This document shows, in pieces, positions 24,817 through 41,603 of a stretch of DNA of 64,000 nt (positions are counted from its first letter, which is position 1; every line of letters starts with the position of its first letter). The notes under the pieces are model-generated. The model searched no databases and was not told where the DNA came from. It saw only the letters and a program-made list of their open reading frames with translations. The position numbers and the translations under genes are program-made. The stretch is from the NCBI GenBank assembly GCA_033442325.1, contig JAWQFM010000013.1:1205065-1269064 (forward strand), read 5' to 3'. Source of the stretch: Salpingoeca rosetta (Eukaryota; Protista; Choanoflagellata).

Positions 24817-27800
24817 CTACACAACTTGATCCTGTCGCTGTTCTGTGGTGTCGTCATCTCCAATGGCAGCACCCAGCATCCACGATCCAACAGGCCCAGC
24901 TGCAGCATTGCACCCACATATAAGCATGCATTAACTGTTGTGCTAGCACTCATTAATCCGCTGCATTGCACATGCCCAACTCGCGACATGCACATAAACG
25001 CACACACTGAGGCATGCTTCCTACCAGGGCGCTGATCATCATTTGCAATGTCGTACTCCGCAGCCTTCCAGCGATGCATTTCTCTCGCTTCAAAGCGCAA
25101 CAACAAATAGAAGGAATGTGAGCACGGTCTCCTTGTTTCCCACAAGCACACACACACAGACACACAGACACAGACACACAGACACACAGACAGACACACA
25201 CAAGAGAACACAGGGACAAGTGTTTCCTACCGGGGCGTTGATCATCAATTGCAATGTCGTATTTCGCTGCTTCCCAGCGATGCATTCCTCTCGCTTCAGA
25301 AGCGAAATACAAACAGCACGAGCGTGAGATGATGTCCGCTCGATCCATCTGCCACCCCTCCCTTCTATGCCGCCACCTTCTTACACACACTCATCGAAAC
25401 AAACTCACACACAAACACACCCATATCGAAACAAACTCACACACAAACACACCCATATCGAAACAAACTCACACACAAAGACACACCCATACAAATGGGT
25501 AAACGACCCACCTTGCAGGTCTTTGCGTGGGCGCGGGCGATGCTGGGCCAGTTGCGCTGGTTCTGCGTATGTGATTGGCGTGACAGAGGGGTGGTCATAC
25601 GCAGCACCTGTCGTTGGCAAAGCCTCCCTTGTTGCTTGCGTCGTCGATCGTGGTGGCGGAAGCGGTGGCGGCGATGACGATAGTCTTGCAGGCACTGGTT
25701 GCATCGCTCCCCTCGCACGAAGCTGCACTTGCTGTTGCTGCCATGGCTGCCGGTGTCGCGTCTTGCGCGAGTAGGAGGCTGGGCGCACAGCATATGCGTC
25801 CGCGTCAGTATCAGCCGGCACGTGTGGCATGTCGTACTGGTGCTCGACCTGCGAGTGCACATTGTCGTAGCCCACCACATCTGGCGCTGTTCTCTCAGCA
25901 GTCGCGCCATGCTCATGTAATTGCAGTTGCAGGTAATTGCTGGGAGTAGGACACGCCCCACCTTGCTGGTCATTGCCATCACTGCCATCGTCCTGATCAG
26001 ATGCAATGTCAACGTCAAAGTACTCATCGCGCATCATACGCTCAGCGCCTTGCTGTGCCTGGGACGTGCGCATGTGCCCGGCAGCGTCACCAACAGCACC
26101 CGAGGTCGAGGTGTGCCATCCGTACTCGTCCTCGTTGCCGTCATCATCACCCATGTCGTAGTGCCGCTGCTGTGTGCGTGGCCCGATTGGCGGCAGTGTC
26201 TTTGGTGCAGCGCTGGGCTCTTCGTACGCGGGCTGTTGTTGCTCGTTGACGTTGTCATAATCATCACCCATGTCATAGTCATCACCCATGTCATAGTCGT
26301 CGCCCATGTCATAGTGCCGCGGGCGTGCGTCCGGCCTGACAGGTGGTGGGGTGCTGGGCACTGCGTAGATGCGTTGCTGTTGCTGCTGTAGAGGGAGACG
26401 CAGCGCTGCTTGGGACGACGCAACCGTGGTGGTGGCGGTTGACGTAGCTGCGAAGAGCTCGTTGACGCACAGCTGCAGCAGCATGGCGCCGGACAATGAG
26501 GTGGTGAGGCAAGGCGGAAGGACAGGTAATTGAAGCGATGTCGATCAACACTGGCACCTCTTTGCACATGCTCCCTCCGACCAAATGCCACACAACACAC
26601 ATACAGACACACTCAAACGCACACAGACACACAGACACACACAGACACACACCGCCGTATCGCCGTTGCTGGTCCCTGCGGCATGGCGGGTGCTCGGCGT
26701 CTTGGAAAACGTGGACGCAAGCACACGGCGACGGCGGGAGCGGACAATGAGGACAATGCCAACAACAAGCACAATCAGCAGCACAGCGCCGCCGCCGCTG
26801 CCAGCAATCAGCAGCATTGATGGCGACTGGCGTGACGAGGATGATGACGCGGGCGGTGGTGTGCCTGTGGAAGATGGTGGTGGCATGTGTGTTGCGTTGA
26901 GGGCACCCGGTGCTGTGGCGTGTGCGGTAGGGATGGCCGTGTCATTGGCTGCCTTCGTTGGGTGAAGTGGTAACACAGAGATGCAGTGCACATCGTCTGG
27001 GTGTGTGCGTGTGTGCCCGGGCAAGCACGTGCACTCCGTGCTTGTGCCATCGGCCAGCGTCATGCACACGGCGTTGTCACCACAGACATCCCCAACTGCA
27101 CACGTGGCAGTCGTCTGAAGAAAAAGTTGGACGCGAGCAATGGCACGTCGTGTTTGTTTGTTTGTTTGTTTGTTTGGTTGTGCGTGCGTGTGTGTGTGCG
27201 TGTGTGTGTGCGTGCGCGTGAAGGTGTGTTGGTTCAAGGTGTGTTGGTTCAAGGCGCTAAGGTATTATGGCCAGATGCCGTGGTGGCAAGGACAGGGAGA
27301 GTCAATAATCACACAGAAACAAACACGCGTGCACACCCACATGTACACATCCACACAGTATGTGGCGTACTTTGCACGGGGTGTATGGCGGGTTGCCGGT
27401 GAAGCCTGGCTTGCACTCACACTCGGCCATGTTGGGCCCAACGTGAACACACCTGACGCACAAGGAAAACATGGGCAAACACAGGAAGAGCAGCGTCAAA
27501 CAGTATGAAGTTATGTAGGAATTTGAACAACAAACTCACAAGCATGGGCTCATGTACAGTACACTTGCATTGCACATAGATACACCCACACCCACACCCA
27601 CACCCACACCCACACCCACACACACCCACACACAGAGAGACCACACACACCCCCCCCCACCCACACCCACACACATATACGCACACACACCCACACCCAC
27701 ACACATTTCGCCGTACCTGACTGCGTCCTCCGAGCCACAGCCACCATTTTCAACGATGCAAGGGTTGATCTCGACACAGTTTTCGCCAGTTGGGGATGTG

Positions 27801-30618
27801 TATCCCTCGAAGCACGAGCATGTGCGCGTGCCGTTGCTCACAGCACACCTAGCATGACGGGAAAGGCCCACATTGTTGATGTTGTTCAAGGTTGTTGTTG
27901 CGAATGAGTAGGCTCGCAAAAGCGTTAACCTGGCGACTCGACCAAGGCAAACCGTCGACACGCATGCAAGCGCCTGTGCCCACACAAGTAAGTACGCACC
28001 GCGTGGTTGTTGGAGGTCCACAGCCGCCGTTGTTCTCCTTGCACACGTCCTTCTCCTGGTGCATGTGGAAGGTGAGGGTGGAAGGTGAGAAGCGGGGAGT
28101 TGTGAGAGTGTCACATGGGGGAGTAGTTAGAGAGGGAGAGGCACTTACCTCACGCACGCACGTACATGCATGCGTACACACACACACACACGCCACACAC
28201 GAATGCACACACACACGCACACACGCCACATACGAATGCACGAGCCAAGGCACGTCGTCACACCCAAGTTGGTATCAGATACTGACAATGCATTCGATGC
28301 TGTTTGGAGAGAGCTTCTCGTATCCTGGCAGACATTCGCATGTGCGCTGCCCCGGTCCCGTGAACACACACGTGGCAGAGATGCAGCCGCCGTTGTTCGT
28401 CTTGCACGGGTTGATTGGCGTGCACGTCTTCATGCGTGCATGGTCACGAGTACAGACATGCCGTTAATAAGACAGTGATGTTGTGTCAGACTTGAGTGTG
28501 GTAAGACTCGTGTTTGCTTTCACGCATACACACAAGAGCAGTCTTTGCAACGCGCGGTGTGATGTGGGGATCTTGACTGACGAGAGAATCACGTGCACTC
28601 ATGCAGACTGTGTGGTATGCCGTCATGTCATATGCCTCCATCTCTTCCCGACTCTCTCGCGATGTAAGCACGCGAATGTACTCACCGCCGGCGCCGTGAG
28701 CTCAAAGTTGTCGTCGCACGTGCATGTGTGCATGCCTGGACCTGCATTGGACAGAGTGAAGATGAGGCACTCACAGGGAACGACAACAGTCTTCTCCTAT
28801 CTTACCACGCACACACACACACATTCACATTCACACACACACACACACAAGTTCGCAGCGTCACCACAATCATTCAATGTGAGGTGGCACCTGTATAAGT
28901 GCAGGTGGCGCGATGCCCGCACACGTTGGAGGGCGTGCCATCCTCGTTCGTGCAGGGATCAATGGGAACGCAGTCGGCACTGGCGTTCGCTGAGGAATAT
29001 CCAGTTGCACACGCGCAGGTGTATGTTCCTGGGCCGGTCTTTGTGCAGACGGAGTTGTCGCCACACGGCGAGACGTCACTTGCGGTGCACAGGTCAATCT
29101 CCCGACACGGTGTTGGCGATGCCGAGAATATCGGCTCATACCCGTCCTTGCACTTGCACGTGTTGGTGCCTGGGCCCGTGTACACGCACCTGTGGCAAGC
29201 ACAGCACGCATCACATGTACGTTGGGGTGTTGGTAAATGTTTTGTGTTGTCACGTTGCAAGCGTTGCAGGCGGCAGCCCTGACTTTGACGATCACAACGG
29301 AGCGTGCAAATACACACATGCACACATAAACATGCATGCATACGGGTGTTGGTAAATGTTTTGTGTTGTCACGTTGCAAGCGTTGCAGGCGGCAGCCCTG
29401 ACTTTGACGATCACAACGGAGCGTGCAAATACACACATGCACACATAAACATGCATGCATACACAAGCACACACATGTACACACGTACACAGACCTACAC
29501 AGAACCACGCACAACAGCAGCCATGCTTCCTGCAACGTCGGCAGCATCAGTGCCACCACCCCACGGGCATGATCCATGCCTTCAACATCATCATAACAAC
29601 TCACTCTTCGGAGCTCGGATGGCAATGACCGTAGCCTGGCGCTTCGCAGTTGTTGATTGGGGAGCAGATGCCGTCCTTCAGTTCATAATCGGCTGCGCAA
29701 CCGCACAACACTTGGCTGTCAGCGACACACGTGCACGTGTCGATGTTGCTTGTGCCGCAGCCGCCCCTGTTCTTGGTGGCACACAAGTCCGCTGCGGTGG
29801 CAGTGGAGGGAACAGGTGTGTGTGTGTTGGCGTGTGCGTGTGTGCGTGAGTATGTGTGTGTATGTATGCATGTTTGTGTGCGTATGTGAGTATGTGTACG
29901 TGCGTGCGTGTGTGCGCGTGCATGCATGTGCGTGTGCGTGTGCGTGTGTGTGTGCGTGTGATGTGGGTCGATACATGAGTGGCGAGTGGCATTGACGAGG
30001 TTATTGAAGAGAACAAAAACTGTGAGAGTGTGTGATCAAAAGTGCACACACACAGGCGCGAATGAGCGCAGGTGCATGTGCGTTTCTGCATTTGTGTGTG
30101 AGGCCAGAAAGCCCAATAAACAGCAGCCTAGCGGCATGAGTGTGACTTTGCTGGCACGTACTTGGGTGGTATGTGACGGTGGTGTCGACATAACCATCCT
30201 TGTATCCGTAGCCAGTGAAGCGCTTGTTAAAGGTGCACGTGCTGCAGTCGCTGCACGTGAATGACAAGGTCTTTGACCCAAGCTGCATGCCCGGCGAGAA
30301 TTGAAACCGGCGCCAGGTTGGTGTGAGTAAGAGCGATACTGAGGGGGGGGGGTTGCACGTACGTACATTTGACAATAGCGGATGTGTTCAGAAATACGAT
30401 GGCTTCCAGGTGAAGTGGTTGGCGCAAAAGCAACCCGAACAAGCGATACACACGCACACATGCATGGCTCGTGCGTACAGATACAGAGATACATGCACAC
30501 GCCTACACACACACACACACTCACAGACATACTCACACAAATGCAGTGAAGCACAGTCACCAACCTTGTCATCTTGGCTGGAGAAGTCGTGATCGTATGC
30601 GGCCAGCTCAATTTTGAA
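24817..30618 (-). CDS. Type I receptor-like protein: C2-like domain fragment, 8 stabilin-type EGF repeats, S/T/P stalk, TM and tyrosine-motif-rich tail; 5'-partial
   Basis: Exons 30618-30565 and 30282-30162 give [29 protein letters not shown] exons follow ([32 protein letters not shown] etc.), then [26 protein letters not shown]. The tail comprises exon ~26472-25512, two 63-nt exons and last exon 24899-24817 ending RQDQVV*. Confidence 0.85.
25012..25313 (-). repeat. Tandemly duplicated 63-nt exon with flanking splice sites
   Basis: 25293-25231 ([21 protein letters not shown]) and 25087-25025 ([21 protein letters not shown]). Both have TGAAG|...|GTAGGAA boundaries and phase 1-1. Confidence 0.85.
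25393..25490 (+). repeat. 32-bp minisatellite, 3 copies (intronic)
   Basis: ATCGAAACAAACTCACACACAAACACACCCAT repeated three times. Confidence 0.85.
29225..29462 (+). repeat. Perfect 119-bp tandem duplication (intronic)
   Basis: 29225-29343 and 29344-29462 read identical. Confidence 0.9.
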
Positions 30619-30736
30619 CTGCACACGTTCGCGTTAAACGAGAAGGGGATTGTGAGGAACAAGCACGTTGGTGAGGGCGCAGCACAGGGAAAGGTGAACG
30701 GGGAGAGCAGACATTGACCGAAGCAAGTTGCAGTTG

Positions 30737-30814
<78 letters not shown>

Positions 30815-30833
30815 GTTTGCTTCAAACACGCAG

Positions 30834-33800
30834 TTCAGAAGATCGACCAAGATGCGGTACCTGCGGGGTCAATGGAAGTGATCCACACGGCAGTGTCGGA
30901 CGTGCTGCTCATGCACGCGCACCCCAACTTCCACCTGGCGACATTCCAGGTCGCGTCGCAGTTCAACTGCCTGGAGTTCCCCAGCTACGATGTCATCCCA
31001 GAGGAGGGCATCAAGTACTACATTGACGACCCGACACAGGGCCCAGCGTGTTCGCTCGCTGCCGCTCCGGGCACCTTGTTTCGGTAAGAAGGAGGCAAAC
31101 GATGGGGCGGGGGTCGGGAGCAGGAGATGGCGCGTGGATATAGGTTTTGGTGGGTGGTGGCTGCAGCAACAACGTCGGAGACGAACACCAACAAAAACAA
31201 AGATCGAAAGGCATCAACAGCGGCAGAAACAATCGATGTACCAGCCGCAATACACACATATCAGCAGCCGCAATACACACATATCAGCAGCCGCAATACA
31301 CACATATCAGCAGCCGCAATACACACATATCAGCAGCCGCAATACACACATATCAGCAGCCGCAACACCAACAGTACCACCCTCTACACCAACGCCCAAC
31401 CTCTGTCATGTGTCAACATTGCGAACTGTTGTGCTCAATGTGTGATGGCGATGCTCGATGCAGCAACTACTTTGTGCAGGTGGATCCTGCAAGTCCAAAC
31501 GTTGGCCAGAGGCAGCGACGCCAGATCAACAACCTCGCGGGGGTGCGTCAACCACACACTTGCCTCATTGTCATTGAAAATAGAGGGGTGGTGGCAACTT
31601 ACATATGGTGACGTTTCATCCTCACACATATGTGGTTGTTCGCGTGTGCGTGTGTGTGTGTGCTGTGTGTGTGCTGTGTGCTGGCTGTGTGTGTGCGTGT
31701 GTGTGTGTGTGTGTGCAGGTGGAGCGGCTGCTGCACACATCTGATCCCAAGACCTGGTTCTGGCGCGTCTCAAATGGATACACCATCATGAAGAGGAAAC
31801 GCCTGCCAAAGTCCGTTGCGCACGTGGCCTGCTCAATGTCCGAATGTGTGTGTGTGTGCATGTGTGTGTGTGTGCATGTGTGTGTGTGTGATATGTTTGT
31901 GACAAGAGCCCCGCGGCCTTCCTTGAAGCCATCACTCCTCCTCGTCCACTTTCATGTGTCGTTTCATCACCCATTCACTAACGGTGACATCACGTTTGCG
32001 TTCAGGCTTGCGCAAATACTTGAAGAGGAACCCCAACGGCGAGAACAAATTGTTGAGCATTTGCGCGTCGGCGTGCAACTCGGAACACAGGTGCCGTCGA
32101 AACGCGTGTGTTGCTGTCGTTGTTGCTGCGCTTTCTTTCTCTCTCTGTATGTGTGTGTACGCTTCTGCAAGTGTGTGTGCTTCTGCGCGTGTGTATGTGT
32201 GTGCATGTGTATGTATGTGTGTGTGTGTGTTGAAATCAAGGTTAAGAGTGGGGTGTTTTGGCAGGAGCTACAAAGAATGTGCACGCCTTGTCTCCTTGCT
32301 GTTGGTTCATCGTTCACTACCCCACATTGCCAGGTTGTGTTTCGATCTCGCAATGGAGACACGTTCCACCTCCTGCCGCGAACTTCAAAACAGCTCGTCA
32401 ACCAAGTCTTCTGCTCAGCCATGTCGTACGTCGCTCCTGTGCTTCCGTGTGTGCATGTGCTTGTGCTTATGTGTTTGTGTGCGTGTGCGTGCGTATGTGT
32501 GTGCTTATGTGTTTGTGTGTGTGTGTGTTTGTGTGTGCTTATGGGTTTGTGTGAATGTGCTTGTGTGTGGTGTGTGCGCGCGCGCACGTTAGTTTGTGTT
32601 TGTATCAAGCTGCAACGCGTTGTGTCTGGTTGTATTTGAGGGAGCGGCTGACAGTACTCGTCCGAATGCCAATAGTCCTCACCAACACCGTTCCTCCACC
32701 CCCAACACCACCCACCACCACACATGTCGCCAGGCTCCACCCCGATGTGGTTCACGATGCGTCATGCATTGCCCCGCTGGTGCTACGAGCATGCTACGAA
32801 GCGACAATTGCACAGGCAATTCTCGCCGCACAGCGCAACAACTGGGAGCACGGCGCCGCAAACGTGGGTTGTCTTGTTGTCTTTGTGTTTGAAAATGCAT
32901 GCGTGTGCGCGTGCGTGTGCGTGTGCATGTGCATGTACTTGTGCGTGCACTCATGCGTGTGCATGTACGTGTGTGTGTACGAGTACGTGTAAGCCCTTGA
33001 TTGCATGTTGACACACTTTTAAACATGTGAGCGTGTGCGTGTGTGTGTGTGTGTGTGAGTGCCCGCTGAAGTGACGAATGCACGTCATTAGGCATGCGCA
33101 GCCTTCTTCTCTGACTTGTGCACTCATGACACGTGTTTCACCTCATGTGTGCAGGTGGTGTTGACATTTGTTGGCGGCGGTGCGTTTGGCAACGACATTG
33201 AGTGGATTGTCGATGCCATTGCGCGCGCCTGTGCAACGTTTGCTGCGTTTCCCCTCAAGGTCAGCACGCGCAAGATGATGTTTGTGGTGGCAGTGAAGGG
33301 GCGCACGTATGCTGTACGTGTGTGTGTGCTGTGTTGTGTTGTGTTATGTGCGCGCGTGTGCGTGTGTGTGTGTGTGTGTGTGCGTGTGTGTGTTGTGTTT
33401 TGTGCGCGCGTGTGCATGTGTGTGTGTGTGTACTCTCCCTCTATCTGTGTGTCTGTTTGTCTATATCTGTGCCTCTCTCTTTAACAACCGCAGGAAGGCG
33501 CTCATCCTCACTTGTAACACATCCCGTTGTTCAAACGCACACACACACGTGCAGGTGTATGTCGCGCACTATCGGGCAATTGACTTTGGGATTGAGGCGA
33601 TGATCAACAGCCGCATCGACGCATACCTGCAGCAAAACGCCTCGCATGGCGAGCACAAGTGCGTGCACATCACACGTGGCGATTGGCAAGACGGACCCGT
33701 GGCGCGAACGTCCAGCGCACCGGAAGCAACGTCCACCGCCTTCGCGACAGATGTGGCGCCAATGGTGACGGCAGCTCGGGCTGTGGATGATTTGGCCATC

Positions 33801-34070
33801 AGCACCACGAGTAGCGGCAGCACTGGTCGCAGTGGCGGGCGCACCGTGCTCAAGGTGACTGATTCGCACGTCATGGACGACGACGACGACGACGACGATG
33901 ATGATCATGATGATGATGATGATAGGGATCATGTTGGTGATGTCGGTGATGATGACGGCACAGCGTTCATTCACACTGATGCAAAGCGAGCAAACCTGTG
34001 CGCCATGTTGGCGATGGCGCTGATGGTGGTCGTGCTGGAGATGATGACGGCGATGATGCCGAGGATCGCG
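30834..34070 (+). CDS. Uncharacterised macrodomain/PARG-like fold protein (FQVASQFN...TQGP...GGGAFGN family); partial at both ends
   Basis: Spliced exons give ATFQVASQFNCLEF...PEEGIKYYIDDPTQGPACSLAAAPGTLFRNYF, GQ...QINNL, NGY, LRVGVQ, VNQVFCSAMS, LVLRACYEAT, VVLTFVGGGAFGNDIEWIVDAIARA and VYVAHY. An acidic low-complexity tail runs into the gap. Confidence 0.75.
31242..31365 (+). repeat. 23-bp minisatellite, about 5 copies (intronic)
   Basis: CAGCCGCAATACACACATATCAG repeated head-to-tail with no spacers. Confidence 0.9.
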
Positions 34071-34978
34071 NNNNNNNNNNNNNNNNNNNNNNNNNNNNNN
34101 NNNNNNNNNNNNNNNNNNNNNNNNNNNNNNNNNNNNNNNNNNNNNNNNNNNNNNNNNNNNNNNNNNNNNNGTGAGTGTGTGTGTGTGTTCGTGTGTGTGT
34201 GTGTGTGGGGGGGGGTTGTTCCAGTGTGTTGCGCCAACCTCTTCATGTCAAGGCGTTTTCAAGTGAGTGAGTGAGTGTGTGTGTGTGTGTGTGTGTGTGT
34301 TCTCCTGTATGTTCTGTGATGATGGCTGGTTTCGTGGTTATTCGCTCTCGTTTTGTGTGTGTTCAAACCAGCAGCAGTTCCTTGCTGCTCTCTGCGCTCC
34401 TTTCTTCCCACACACTCCTTTGTTCCCCCGTCACTTTTGTTCCTTCCAATGTTTTCATCTTCTGTCGCTTCCTCTACTCCTCCACCGTGCACATGCACAT
34501 TGTTGGTTGTTTACTGGTGAGGGGGGGGGGGTTGCTTATCGCACACGCTGTTACAACATGCGGGAAGCAAGTACACCCACCAACTGTCAGCACGCTATGG
34601 CTGCTGTGCACGCGTGCGTGCATGCATGTACACAAACAAGCGCAAGTGGGCATGAAGACGGCTGCAAACCTGCAATCAAAGCACAAGAAAGGTGTGCAGT
34701 CCCAAGAGCAGGAGCATTTAGTCGCGCTGCCACCTTAGACACCATGAAGAACAACTCCTTCGTGTCGCAAATAACAGAGATATGAACAAGAGGGGGTGGA
34801 ATGAGGTCTATTAATGCAACAAGCAAGTCAAGCAAGGGAATATTAGCCTCTGTGTGACGAGTGTCACGAAACAAACACACAAACAAACACGAACACAAAC
34901 AAACACGAACACGGATAGACACACATACACAAACAGGCGTGCGTGCGTGCGCGCGCGCGTGTGTGTGTGTCTGTCTGC

Positions 34979-40979
<6,001 letters not shown>

Positions 40980-41178
40980 GTTTGAAGTGTGCGTGCGTGC
41001 TGGTGGTGCCTGGTGCTGCTGCTGACTGGTGAGAGTGGTCGAGAATGCATCAGAAGACGAAGGTGACAAGCAGCAGCGTTGCTGTTGTTGCTGTTGCTTT
41101 TGTTGTTTGTGTGGGCTGTCGCCAAGAAGCTAGCAAATTTCACGCGACTGAAGTCAGTTTATTGCGCGCAACGTGTGG

Positions 41179-41266
<88 letters not shown>

Positions 41267-41603
41267 ACGAATATGTCATGGCTTTCTCTATGCTTGCAGG
41301 CAGACACATTCACTTTGAGCCATGTTAAGATGTCTAGATGTTTACTCTTCACTCGTTCACTCTCTGCCGAAAACGAAAGGGCTTCCTTCAAAACAAGCAC
41401 CCAAGCAGTCGTCTAGTTGTACTGTCGTACTCATCGTCGTGGGAATGAAAGAATGAAACAAAAAACAACAAACAACACACGTCACCCACACCGCAAGAGC
41501 GTGCAAGCACAACACACAGCAGTCCCAGAAGACGGCCCCGTGTTTTGCGCCTCAATGCAAGAATGCATCCATGTCTCTAATTATGCGCCAACTGCTTAGG
41601 CAC

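Noticed and set aside
29600-30282. DSL domain, which would make the EGF protein a true Delta/Serrate
   Set aside because: No C...YYG..C...C.PRDD...H..C...G...C..GW.G..C pattern; the repeats are stabilin-type EGFs.
30367-30403. Extra exon ([12 protein letters not shown]) in the C2-like region
   Set aside because: It is incompatible in phase with the next exon, and direct joining DDK/LGSK gives the better C2 motif.
31242-31365. 23-bp direct repeats as a CRISPR array
   Set aside because: Head-to-tail units with no spacers, no cas genes, and located in a eukaryotic intron.
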